NCBI GenBank assembly: GCA_015522475.1
Contig: WAMF01000019.1
Coordinates: forward strand, 5,098-69,097
DNA: 64,000 nt
Reading direction: 5' to 3'
From: Candidatus Micrarchaeota archaeon
Lineage (GTDB): Archaea > Micrarchaeota > Micrarchaeia > Anstonellales > J096
Positions within the stretch are counted from its first letter, which is position 1. Every line of letters begins with the position of its first letter. This document shows, piece after piece, positions 9,308-18,880 of the stretch. The translations under genes and the position numbers were made by a program. The notes beneath the pieces are model-generated. The model saw nothing but the letters and a program-made list of their open reading frames with translations. It did no database searches and was not told the DNA's origin.

Positions 9308-10981
9308 TCAATCCGCTTCGATTCTTGCAAAACTCGACAAAAGGACAGTGGCGTAGCTTCCTGCAGGAAGAATGAAGCTGACATAGCACGTGCCTTCAGT
9401 AGTGTCTTCAGATAGGTTGGATAAAGGATTAAGAACATCTAGATTTAAGCTATCGCGCGGGAGAAAGGCCAGCCTATAGCTGCCCTTTGAAGAGAGCTCA
9501 GGCATGGACTTAAGCTCAAATGAAGCAGAGGAGAGGCCCATAGATGCCATGAGCTCTTTCTGAATAGATGTGGGCTCCACTTCGTATCCTGGCACAGCTT
9601 TACATGTATATGCCTTGCCTTCCTTTACAAAAGGCTTTGCCCATGCCCTAATGGTTTCGCTCTTGCCTTCTAAAGGAAACGACAGCCCGCCTATATATGT
9701 ATTGCAGTGAAGAGTGCCTTTATCCCTTCCCCAAACATTGCTGCTACCGCCGTTACCGTTGTTGTTGTCTTCACTACCCTTACTGTTCTTGCCCTCCTCA
9801 GAAAGTGTTTCCTTAAGGGACTGATTAAGCGACATATAAAGGGCTCTGTTAAAGATGAAGGACTGAAGGGCATGAGGAAACATTAAAGCTAGAGACCTTG
9901 GTAACTTTCTAATGGCATTGACAAAGTCATTGGGTTGTTGGCTAAGATGCGCTGCCAATGTGCGCTCAGCACACATCCATTTTGGGAAAGCTTTCAGCAC
10001 GTATGCAAAGGCATCTTTGCCCTCTAACTCTAAAAATTGGGCCCTAATTTTTTGCATGCTTTCTTTTTCTGTGGAGATGCTCTTGCCCAAATACCAAACG
10101 ACCGCTTCTTTAAATAGACCCTTTGCCATGAAATAACCTATGATGTGTGTATCTAGCCTGTTTCCAAAGCGCTGCTTGCCAAAGTAGTTAGGTATGTTCT
10201 CGAGCGCTTTATCGGCTGATTGGGTAAGCACATGAGAAGGGCATGAGCTAAAGCCACCGACAATAAATGCATTGCCGGCTAGCTCGCCCAACTCAATAGG
10301 CCGCGGCATGTACACCAAAGGAATAAGTTCTATATCCTTCAGCTTAAGCTCATTTATTATCTCGACAAACCCCTTCTCAGCCCTTATGCTAATCAGTTGT
10401 GCCGTTAGAGCCCGCTTGTCTTTTGTGCCTGCAAAGCTCAGCCTTTTCCTGCTTATGCCGAGTCTGCGAGCTAAGCTCTTAACAGCGTCTGTTGTAGCCC
10501 AATTTCTCTTCAGCAAAACCGCCCAAATATAGCCTTTAGCCTTTCTGTCTTTCCTCTTCGTGCCTTTCTCTTTTTCCCTCTCTCTTCCATCCCCTACGGC
10601 CTCTTTATCTTCTTCTACGCAGTTCTCAACGTGGTCCTCGACACAATCCTCAAAAGACACGTGCTTAAGAGCTATCTCTTTCATGGCCTCAAGGCTAATG
10701 TAAGAGTCGTTAGCGTTGAAGTGGAGCTGCGCTTTTTTCAGTTCTTCAAAAAAGGACAGGAATTGCTGCCTAAAACGCTCATCCATGGGTAGCTCGACAA
10801 CAATAAAATCCTCTGCCTGCCTTTTCAAAAAAAGGAAGGGTGTTTTATTAGGCAAGTGAAATGAAGGCACGGGCGCCTCCTTGAGTAAAGGTGGCAAAGC
10901 CTGCTCAGCTCGCTTAAGCACGTCCTTGAAAGGCTTTGATGACATCGGTGGTGCATTGCTTACATTGCTCATGTTGCTCAT
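9308..10981 (-). CDS. truD: tRNA pseudouridine(13) synthase TruD
   Basis: EDFIVVE, FAGTKDKRALTAQ, GNAF, PNYFGKQRFG, FILPAGSYATVLL. Contains low-complexity inserts. Confidence 0.95.
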   Translation of the reverse strand: MSNMSNVSNAPPMSSKPFKDVLKRAEQALPPLLKEAPVPSFHLPNKTPFLFLKRQAEDFIVVELPMDERFRQQFLSFFEELKKAQLHFNANDSYISLEAMKEIALKHVSFEDCVEDHVENCVEEDKEAVGDGREREKEKGTKRKDRKAKGYIWAVLLKRNWATTDAVKSLARRLGISRKRLSFAGTKDKRALTAQLISIRAEKGFVEIINELKLKDIELIPLVYMPRPIELGELAGNAFIVGGFSSCPSHVLTQSADKALENIPNYFGKQRFGNRLDTHIIGYFMAKGLFKEAVVWYLGKSISTEKESMQKIRAQFLELEGKDAFAYVLKAFPKWMCAERTLAAHLSQQPNDFVNAIRKLPRSLALMFPHALQSFIFNRALYMSLNQSLKETLSEEGKNSKGSEDNNNGNGGSSNVWGRDKGTLHCNTYIGGLSFPLEGKSETIRAWAKPFVKEGKAYTCKAVPGYEVEPTSIQKELMASMGLSSASFELKSMPELSSKGSYRLAFLPRDSLNLDVLNPLSNLSEDTTEGTCYVSFILPAGSYATVLLSSFARIEAD

Positions 10982-11184
10982 CTTAACACGCCCACAACAT
11001 GCCTACGTCGCAAGAAAAATGTTTAAAAACCAACAAGACGAGGATGTAATAGAGCTAAGCGAAAATTTAATAAGGTGGACAAAAAGGAAAGGAAAAGTAA
11101 AGAAGGAAGAAATGGCAGCTGGCCTTTGGATGTTCAGATGGTCCTTCAATAGCTGAAATAACTAACGTTATTGCACGTCAGTCG

Positions 11185-12150
11185 TCAGTCCTTAATGCCC
11201 TCTTGGCCTACTCTGAATACAACTTCCCTTTCGGGCAAGTTGGGCGAATCTACAAGCCTAGCTATTCTCTTATCGTCCTTGCTCTTTCGGATGTATATCC
11301 TATAAGTAGCGGCATGGGCAAGCACATGTCCACCTATAGGGATAGTTGGGTCGCCGAACAGAATGCCTGGATTGTCCATAACTTGGTTTGTGAAATAAAC
11401 CGCTAGGTTATACTTGTCGGCTATTCTCTGAAGCGTGTGCACATGCCTGTTGAGTTTTTGCTGTCTCTCGCTAAGACTGCCTCTGCCCGCATAATCAGCC
11501 CTGAATTGACTTGTTAGGGAATCGACTACAATAAGTCCCACATTCTCTTTTTTGACAAAGTTCTCAAGCTTTTCAACGACAAGAATTTGGTGGTCGCTGT
11601 TCTCCACCTTCATAACATATATGTTTTCAAGCACCTTTTGAGGATCTAGGCCTTTAGCTTCGGCCATCTGCTTTATACGCTCTGGCCTAAATGTGCTTTC
11701 TGTGTCTATGAAGACAACTTTCCTACCCAAGCCGCCTTTGTCCGGGGGAAGCTGCACATTAACAGACAGCTGAAAACCCATCTGACTCTTTCCACTGCTG
11801 AACTTGCCGAAGAATTCGGTCAAGGCCTGCGTCTCAACACCTCCGCCAAGCAGCTCGTCCAGCTTTTTGCTGCCCGTTGTTATCTTTGTAACAACTTCCC
11901 TCTTTTTTAGGATGTCGAGACCTGTCTCAAAATCCACGTCTATGGCATCCTTTGCCGCATCCACGATCTTTTTGGCAATATCCACGCGTATATCAGCAGC
12001 TTCTGCCAGCTCACTGGGCAGCTGAGCGGCTAAATCTTCAAGCGTAGAGAAGCCCGCATGCCTTAACTTTTCAGCCGTTGCTTCACCCACGCCCGGCAGA
12101 TCTTCAATGTCCTTAACAACCTTATATTCTTCCTTCTTTTTATCGGCCAT
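11185..12150 (-). CDS. radA: DNA repair and recombination protein RadA
   Basis: N-terminal HhH LPGVG, FETG polymerisation motif, GKFSSGKSQ, IDTESTFRPER, PIGGHVLAH. Confidence 0.97.
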   Translation of the reverse strand: MADKKKEEYKVVKDIEDLPGVGEATAEKLRHAGFSTLEDLAAQLPSELAEAADIRVDIAKKIVDAAKDAIDVDFETGLDILKKREVVTKITTGSKKLDELLGGGVETQALTEFFGKFSSGKSQMGFQLSVNVQLPPDKGGLGRKVVFIDTESTFRPERIKQMAEAKGLDPQKVLENIYVMKVENSDHQILVVEKLENFVKKENVGLIVVDSLTSQFRADYAGRGSLSERQQKLNRHVHTLQRIADKYNLAVYFTNQVMDNPGILFGDPTIPIGGHVLAHAATYRIYIRKSKDDKRIARLVDSPNLPEREVVFRVGQEGIKD

Positions 12151-12212
12151 ACTTACACCTCCTCAATTTTTCTAGCCATCTCATTCCTTACGTGCATTAG
12201 CCTATGCCCAGC

Positions 12213-12488
12213 TTACTTGTTGTTAGGCCATACAAGGAGGCGTAGCTCGCCGATCTTCATAACAAAGAACTCTCTGCCGTCTTTTGTCGTTGTCTTCCAC
12301 ATAGCTCCAACGCTTCTTAAGATCTGCTTGCCGTTGGCGTCTGTGTCGGGCTGCAAAACCCTATAGTCTGGCTTATTGCCCTTTCTCTGTTGGCCCTCTT
12401 GGGGCTTATTGTTGTCTCCGCTATTTTTTGGCAGGCTTACCTTGCCCACCTCTTCAAATTCTTCCAATTCTGCTAATTCATCGGACAT
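12213..12488 (-). CDS. Small protein resembling DUF736 (putative nucleic-acid binding)
   Basis: 'NKPDYRV...VGAMWKTTTKDGREFFVMKI' resembles the DUF736 PDyRv...vGAaW....dG.ey pattern. Acidic N-terminus. AGGTGA SD. Confidence 0.6.
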   Translation of the reverse strand: MSDELAELEEFEEVGKVSLPKNSGDNNKPQEGQQRKGNKPDYRVLQPDTDANGKQILRSVGAMWKTTTKDGREFFVMKIGELRLLVWPNNK

Positions 12489-12747
12489 ACTTTCACCTGC
12501 GGCCTTCCCCTAGGCCACATAGACTTTAGAACCGAAGCCTTTATAAGCCCATATCGTAGTAGCGCTATTAAGCTTATAAGATTATTAGGTAATATAAGCA
12601 GGGCAACCAGCTGAGGCAATCAACATATGCGAATAAAGGTTAACTAAGGGCTGCGAAGAATGGGATGTAAATCCTATAAAAACACTAAAAAAGATCTGTT
12701 GTGAAAGCTCCCGGACCCCCTATCCCGCTAGAATGATCTACGGATTA

Positions 12748-13770
12748 CTAAGAAGGAAGAGCACATATACTTCCGCTGCCTTCGGCTTCGCTAGCATTGT
12801 CTTTGCCAGCTGTATTGTGTGTATTTTGGCATGGAGAGCTTTCATTTGTAGTTGATTGGGTTGTTTGCGACTTGCGACTGGCGTAGTGGAGTTCTAAGCC
12901 AAGTGCCTGAAGGAGCTCATCCTTTGAGGCGAAGCCTTCTATAACAGTCTCGCTCTTCTCGGCCTTACTGCCTTGCTTACCCGGGGCAGTGCTTAAGATA
13001 AGCGTAGGATAGCGCGTGAAGTTGTAGCGCAGCTTCAAAGCCTTGATTACAATATCGTCTGTAAGCGAGCCGTCAAATGAATATATGCGTATGCTGCCGT
13101 TAAGGGCTTGTCTCAGCTTCCACAGTTCTAAGCCTTCGTCTTTGCATTTTGGGCAAGTGCCTTCCTTGTTTGAATAGATGTAGATAATGTAGGGAGTTGA
13201 AAGATTGCACAGGGCTCTAGCCTTCTTTAACAGAATGAGGTCTCTATACTCGAGGTGGAAGTATTTATACTTAAGGTGTATATCAAAGCTTTTCTTACTT
13301 TCTTCAAAGTATTCGAGCTGCTCGCCTATCTGCCATGTCTGGCCTTCTAAACTCGGGGCAGCTAGAGGATAGAGTGTGCAGAAATCCTCTCTGCTAGCAG
13401 ATGTAAGCACGGTTTCCAAGCTTATGATGTCGTCGTTCAGCACGCTCATCTTCTTCTCTATGGGGCTCAAAGCGGAGTTTAGGAAGAGGTAAGACACGGC
13501 AGCCCCAGCTAAGAATACAACAATAGTTATAATGAAGGCAATGGTATAAACTTCCCATGTCCACTTGCGGGGTGTCTTTCTGCCTCTTGTCTCCCCCCAA
13601 ACGTCGTCTATGGCTTTGCCTTGTTTACTGCCTTGCTTGCTTTCTCCTTTGGCATTTTTGGCATCCCGCTTGGCATGTTGCCCTTGCCTCTCTTCTCGCC
13701 TCTTCTCTTGCTTCTCTTCCCTTTCTTTATTTTGCCCCTTATCTTGTTTCCCATCGCCTTTCATAACCAA
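12748..13770 (-). CDS. Membrane-anchored thioredoxin-fold protein
   Basis: Single TM helix, 'IYIYSNKEGTCPKC' CxxC and 'YPTLIL' cis-Pro motif. Low-complexity termini. Confidence 0.7.
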   Translation of the reverse strand: MVMKGDGKQDKGQNKEREEKQEKRREERQGQHAKRDAKNAKGESKQGSKQGKAIDDVWGETRGRKTPRKWTWEVYTIAFIITIVVFLAGAAVSYLFLNSALSPIEKKMSVLNDDIISLETVLTSASREDFCTLYPLAAPSLEGQTWQIGEQLEYFEESKKSFDIHLKYKYFHLEYRDLILLKKARALCNLSTPYIIYIYSNKEGTCPKCKDEGLELWKLRQALNGSIRIYSFDGSLTDDIVIKALKLRYNFTRYPTLILSTAPGKQGSKAEKSETVIEGFASKDELLQALGLELHYASRKSQTTQSTTNESSPCQNTHNTAGKDNASEAEGSGSICALPS

Positions 13771-14983
13771 TCACTTCCTTGAACAGGCTTTCAACCCATA
13801 CGTATGGCCATATGTAGCCATATACAAATATAAAGACTGCCAACTCCGGCAAGTTTTCCAAACCAAGGAGCTTATCCTCAATGCCTTCTCTAACGCGATT
13901 GACAGCATATATAGCCCAAAGAAAGGATATAACAAGGAGGGCTAAGCTCGTAGCCATAAGTGGGTCCGCAAATAGAGAGAAAAGAAAGCTCGGTATGCCC
14001 AAGCGGTCAACCCACATGTAGTTAGGTGTGGAGACGAGCTTGTATATAAGCGTCAATATGAGAATTGACGAAGGGATCATGAACATGAGGTCAAGTAACA
14101 TGCCGAATATGAAAAAGTCGCCCAGCGTCACATCGAAAAGGTCTATGTGCTTCCTCAAGCGCGTCCAAAAGCCCCCTCTCACCCATCTAACCCTCTGCTT
14201 TATGAGCTTGCCCCACGTAGGCTGCGCCCTTGTATAGACGGGAGCGTCAAGAGCTGCTTTTATCTTGTAGCCAAGGCGCTGCATGCGTATGGCTATTTCC
14301 AAATCCTCTGTTAAGCTGCGCGGGTCAAAAAGGCCCACCTTTTCAAAAACCTCTCGCCTAAACATGCTTAAGCCGCCGGGCGTAACATATATGCTGTCCA
14401 CAAGGCTCATAAGGCGCCGAAAGAAGAGGATTGTATCATACTCAAGCGCCTGCACCTTCTCCACAACTGTCTTTGGGTCGCGTATTCTTATTGTGGCAGT
14501 GACAGCCATAGTATCGGGCTCATATGCAAAATAGGAGGCGAGCCTTCTGAATGTGTCGGCATCGACTACACTGTCAGAGTCCAGAGTCGCTATAAGCTGG
14601 CCTTTTGCCGCTTTAACACCTGTATTTTTGGCTATAGCTGCGCCCATATTCTTCTCGTGGCACAAGACATGAATAAAGAGATAGCGCTCGTACTCTTTTG
14701 CTATAGCATAGCTGTTATCTGTAGAGGCATCGTCAACAACAAGCACTTCCAACTTATCCTTAGGATAATCGCAGTTGACAATAGCTGAGAGATTATCTCT
14801 TATGCTTTCGCCCTCGTTGTACACGGGAATAACAACAGAAAGTGTAGGCAGCTCATCGTCGCTCAGCTCCCTAGGCTGGTAGTAGACGCGCTTGTGGTAG
14901 AGCATGAAGAGCACAAAGAATAGCACTGTCAAATAGACAAGCACAAACACTTGACTGTATAAAAGCAAGAGGAGCAAATCCAC
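13739..14983 (-). CDS. Processive glycosyltransferase family 2 (IcaA/cellulose synthase-like)
   Basis: VIPVYNEG, VDDASTD, DSD, TED and QRVRW (QxxRW) motifs with TM helices. GTG start. Confidence 0.92.
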   Translation of the reverse strand: MDLLLLLLYSQVFVLVYLTVLFFVLFMLYHKRVYYQPRELSDDELPTLSVVIPVYNEGESIRDNLSAIVNCDYPKDKLEVLVVDDASTDNSYAIAKEYERYLFIHVLCHEKNMGAAIAKNTGVKAAKGQLIATLDSDSVVDADTFRRLASYFAYEPDTMAVTATIRIRDPKTVVEKVQALEYDTILFFRRLMSLVDSIYVTPGGLSMFRREVFEKVGLFDPRSLTEDLEIAIRMQRLGYKIKAALDAPVYTRAQPTWGKLIKQRVRWVRGGFWTRLRKHIDLFDVTLGDFFIFGMLLDLMFMIPSSILILTLIYKLVSTPNYMWVDRLGIPSFLFSLFADPLMATSLALLVISFLWAIYAVNRVREGIEDKLLGLENLPELAVFIFVYGYIWPYVWVESLFKEVIGYERRWETR

Positions 14984-15262
14984 GCAACTCTATAAAGACG
15001 GAGCCTTTAAAAAGGCACTCGAAGAGCTGAAGAGCGAGCAGATGCGCAAAGAAGAATAGAGGAGCGAGGCTAGTGACAAACAAATAGATGGCGGAGCTGG
15101 ATGGAGTGCTAAGTAAGGAAAGGCTAAGAATACAGCGACTGATTGAATGCACTGAGGCAGAATAGGTCTGCACAGCCAAGCCCATGTGCAGCTAGTTTTG
15201 AGTTGGCAATAGCCGAAAGGCGAGGGTGGAGCTTTTTAAGTGCTTGCCCAAAAACCACTGCC

Positions 15263-16435
15263 ATGGCAGAAAGAAGAAGGGTTGCTATTATAGGTGTTGG
15301 ATTCTCACGCTTCGGCGAACGATGGGACAAGGGGCTAAGAGATCTAGCCTTAGAAGCAGGCGTAAACGCTATAATGGACGCTGGCTTGAAAGGCGAGCAG
15401 ATAGATGCTGGCTACGTTGGCAACATGGGTGGCGGAGCACTTACAGGACAGGAGCACTTGGGCTCACTCCTAGCTGATTACTTAGGCTTAAACCCCATAC
15501 CCATAACACGTGTCGAAGCTGCTTGTGCCAGCGGGGGCGTAGCCTTAAGGCAGGGTTATATGGCTGTAGCTAGCGGCATGCACGATATTGTCGTCGTGGG
15601 CGGCGTGGAGAAGATGACGGATTTAAACACAGCCCAAGTCACAGAAGTGCTAGGGGGAGCAGGTGACCAAGAATGGGAGCTCTTCTTAGGAGCGACATTC
15701 CCCGCTCTTTATGCGCTCATAGCACGCGCCTATATGGAGAAGTTCGGCGCCACTGAAAAAGAGTTAGCTGCTGTAGCCGTTAAAAACCACAAACACGGCG
15801 CAATGGTGCCCTACGCCCAATACAGGCGCGAGATAAGCTTAGAGGCGGTGCTTAACAGCAAGCCCGTGGCCTCTCCCCTTAAGGTATTTGACTGCTCGCC
15901 CATAAGTGACGGTTCTGCAGCTGTTATTCTAGCGCCGCTTGACGAGGCTTATAGCTATGCAAAGGAGCCTGTGGAAATAGTGGCTAGTGCACATGCAACA
16001 GATACTATAGCACTTCACGACAGGGAAAGCCTCGTAGAGCTGAAGGCAACAAAGGTTGCTGCAGAAAAGGCCTATAAACAAGCGGGCATCTCTGCCAAAG
16101 ACATTGATGTAGCGGAAGTCCACGACTGCTTTACAATAGCTGAAATTCTAGCCATAGAAGACCTCGGCTTCTTCCCAAAAGGCGAAGGAGGTAAAGCCAC
16201 GCTTGAAGGCAGAACAACATTCGGCGGGGACGTCGTCATAAACACAAGCGGCGGCTTAAAGGCAGCGGGCCATCCTGTGGGTGCAACAGGCGTCAAACAG
16301 GCAGGAGAAATAGCCCTCCAACTAAGGGGCGACGCTGGCGAAAGGCAAGTGAAGGATGCGCGCTTCGGCCTTACGCATAACGTTGGAGGAAGCGGAGGCA
16401 CAGCTGTTGTCCATATTATGAAGAAAGTAGAGTGA
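15263..16435 (+). CDS. Archaeal acetyl-CoA acetyltransferase (thiolase)
   Basis: VEAACASG, GVEKM, DCSPISDG, EVHDCF, GHPVGATG, HNVGGSG. Leaderless ATG after TTTTTAAG. Confidence 0.95.
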   Translation: MAERRRVAIIGVGFSRFGERWDKGLRDLALEAGVNAIMDAGLKGEQIDAGYVGNMGGGALTGQEHLGSLLADYLGLNPIPITRVEAACASGGVALRQGYMAVASGMHDIVVVGGVEKMTDLNTAQVTEVLGGAGDQEWELFLGATFPALYALIARAYMEKFGATEKELAAVAVKNHKHGAMVPYAQYRREISLEAVLNSKPVASPLKVFDCSPISDGSAAVILAPLDEAYSYAKEPVEIVASAHATDTIALHDRESLVELKATKVAAEKAYKQAGISAKDIDVAEVHDCFTIAEILAIEDLGFFPKGEGGKATLEGRTTFGGDVVINTSGGLKAAGHPVGATGVKQAGEIALQLRGDAGERQVKDARFGLTHNVGGSGGTAVVHIMKKVE

Positions 16436-16686
16436 GAAGTAGCTGCCTCCGAGAGAGGAGGCGCGACGTCGACGTGAGCTCCAACAGTTGGGATGCCTGC
16501 TTGAATTAAGCCAATTAAGCCTGTTAACAGTATTGATATTAAAATGGCAGAACAAACAGTAAAAGAGAAAAAGAGGAACTAAGGCCGCGCTATAAAAGAC
16601 AAAAGAACAAAAATAAAAAAGGGATCAAAGGCCTAACAGACCTCTCCCAATTTTAAGTACTCAGTCATTGCACTCATTGTTCAGTA

Positions 16687-17124
16687 TCAAGCCCACTGCT
16701 CCACAAAGTTGCCTATGAAGGGGATTTTGTACATCTCTCCCTTATACACCTTGTAGAGGAGGAAGAGCCAGTACACAAACACGCCCAAGAAGTAGAGCAA
16801 TGAAATAAGTCCCATTATTAGAGCTAAAGCACCACCAACTGCTGGAATAAAGCCCAAGATCAAAGTGATTATCCAAAGCCCAATATCTACGATAATAGTT
16901 CCCCATCCAAAGGCAGTTGCCTGCAAGCTGTGAAAGCGTGTAAAGCGGTCGTTCTTGTCTGCTACAAAGTAGAAGACAAAGCCTATCAAGCTGAAAACGT
17001 ATGCCAACAGAGACAAAAGAATGCTGTTGCTCTTGCTGGAGGAGCTGCTCTTGCTCGGCAAAGAAGCTCCACTTTTGGCTTGCGCCTTTGCACCTCCTTT
17101 TGTCTTTCCTTTCTTATCTGCCAT
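16687..17124 (-). CDS. DUF4870/Tic20-like membrane protein
   Basis: 'LAYVF...DKNDRFTRFHSLQA...KVYKGEMYKIPFIG'. GGAGGTGA SD. Confidence 0.85.
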   Translation of the reverse strand: MADKKGKTKGGAKAQAKSGASLPSKSSSSSKSNSILLSLLAYVFSLIGFVFYFVADKNDRFTRFHSLQATAFGWGTIIVDIGLWIITLILGFIPAVGGALALIMGLISLLYFLGVFVYWLFLLYKVYKGEMYKIPFIGNFVEQWA

Positions 17125-17407
17125 AAATTCACCTCCGAACATAAATTTAAGATGTTTCAAAGAGAACGTTTATAAAACTTCCTTTTGTCTTTCTGCCACA
17201 CATCAGGCACTTACTGAGAAGGCAAAGAGAGTGAAAAGAAAACGCGGAAAGGCAGAGGAGGAAAGAAGGAATAGAGAGTAAAGAGAGTAAAAAGTAGAGG
17301 GGAGAAAGAAAATGCCGAAATAAAAAAGAAAAAGCTGTTGATCTGCTGTTGCTTGTGTTTGTGTGGCCAACGTTTAGGCTGATTTATCGGCTGCTTTATC
17401 GATTATA

Positions 17408-17770
17408 TTAGCTAGACCACTTATCTGCCCAGGCACCGACAAGCCAAGCCTTGTAAAGCTCTCCAACAACCACCTTGTACAGTATGTAAAGCCAATATAT
17501 AAGATACACCAGCATAATTAAAAGGTCTAGTAGGCCTATGATTGGTGCTGCGCCGGGTATAAATGCAAACAAGCCCACAACAAACACAACGACGAACACT
17601 TCTATAGAGAAAAGCGTTGCCTGTATGCTGTGGAATCGCAGGAACTTGTTCTTCCTGTCTGCTACAAAGTACAGCAAGAAACCGAATATGCCTAGAAGGT
17701 ACGCTATTATCGCTAACACCTTATCTCCTCCCGATGGTTGGGAGGCAGCTGCTTTTTTACCGTCAGCCAT
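17408..17770 (-). CDS. DUF4870/Tic20-like membrane protein (tandem paralog)
   Basis: 'IAYLL...NKFLRFHSIQA...GELYKAWLVG'. Clearly similar to the neighbouring gene. Confidence 0.85.
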   Translation of the reverse strand: MADGKKAAASQPSGGDKVLAIIAYLLGIFGFLLYFVADRKNKFLRFHSIQATLFSIEVFVVVFVVGLFAFIPGAAPIIGLLDLLIMLVYLIYWLYILYKVVVGELYKAWLVGAWADKWSS

Positions 17771-17839
17771 GGTTTCACCAAGAGAACGTGGATTAAGAAA
17801 GTTTATAAATCTTACCATTCAATTCTCGTTGGTGAGAAA

Positions 17840-18556
17840 ATGGATCCCACTGTACTTATAACGACGACATTTATGCAAGGTCTGATCCTTGCTGTCGGTT
17901 TTGTAGTATTCCTTGTGTTGGGTGCAATCATAGCATGGATTGCTGGCCTCATAATAAGAAAGTTATCTGCGATGGCTCGGCTTGAGAAATACATAGAAGA
18001 AGCGGGCTTAAAGGAAGCGTTGCTTGGCTTTACGCTCACGGATCTCATTGCATGGACAACTGAACTATACATATTGCTACTAACGCTGGCCATAGGTGGA
18101 GATTGGGTTAAGCTCAGTTCACTCACGCAGTGGTCCATGGCGGGCTTGCTTTATCTTTCATCTGCAGTTCAAGGCCTCGCAATACTCGTCGTGGGCTTAT
18201 TCATAGGCGAGTATATAAGCGACAGAATAAAGGAGAGTGGCATATTTGGAGCAGGTTTTTGGGGCATACTTACTGAGATCTTCATAGCCTACAATGCGCT
18301 TGTTTTGGCTTTACCCGCCATTTTGCCAGAGGTGGATACCTCCTTATTAAAGTGGAGCTTCATGCTGTTCATAGGAGCTGTGCTTTTAGCGCTGGCTATA
18401 GCAGGAGGCATAGCATTTGGCTTTGGCCTCAACAGAGTCATAGAGAAAATCTCCCTTTCATATGAGAAGGACATAGAAGAGGCCATATTCGGCAAGAGCA
18501 GTCCATCGAAGACAAACGCTGGTGGAAGAGCTAGAGGCAAGAAAAGGAGAAGGTGA
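17840..18556 (+). CDS. TM-helix-repeat membrane protein (CmpX / MscS N-terminal-like)
   Basis: Several TM helices. 'LALAIAGGIAFGFG' C-terminal motif. GGTGA SD. Confidence 0.7.
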   Translation: MDPTVLITTTFMQGLILAVGFVVFLVLGAIIAWIAGLIIRKLSAMARLEKYIEEAGLKEALLGFTLTDLIAWTTELYILLLTLAIGGDWVKLSSLTQWSMAGLLYLSSAVQGLAILVVGLFIGEYISDRIKESGIFGAGFWGILTEIFIAYNALVLALPAILPEVDTSLLKWSFMLFIGAVLLALAIAGGIAFGFGLNRVIEKISLSYEKDIEEAIFGKSSPSKTNAGGRARGKKRRR

Positions 18557-18598
18557 GGTTTTTAAAGGGTAGAGCTCAATAAGGAAAGAGGTGGAAGA

Positions 18599-18853
18599 AT
18601 GGTGAAGTATCTGCTTGCCAAGCAAATAACTGGAAAAATGGTTATAACCAACGAGGGCGAGGACTTTGGTAGAGTCGTAGATGTAAATGTGAACGAGCTT
18701 ACAGGAGAGCTGGAAGACCTTGTCATAGATCCAAATCCAGACAACCCCATGATAGAAAAGCTTAGAGTGGAAGATGACTACGTGCTCATCCCCTTCAACA
18801 GTGTCCTAGCTGTGGGTGACTACGTTATTGTAGACAAAAGGCACCTTCTCTGA
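18599..18853 (+). CDS. PRC-barrel domain protein (archaeal CdpB-like)
   Basis: 'GKMVITNEGEDFGRVVDV...TGELEDLVI...IPFNSVLAVGDYVIV'. Confidence 0.9.
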   Translation: MVKYLLAKQITGKMVITNEGEDFGRVVDVNVNELTGELEDLVIDPNPDNPMIEKLRVEDDYVLIPFNSVLAVGDYVIVDKRHLL

Positions 18854-18880
18854 TCCTCTATTTTAGCTTTCTGATTTTTT

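Noticed and set aside
15135-15225. Hammerhead or C/D RNA upstream of the thiolase (CTGATTGA, hairpin CTGCACA/TGTGCAG, GCC-GAAA-GGC)
   Set aside because: The core is not CUGANGA with correct stems and the C/D boxes are incomplete. Only short hairpins are present.
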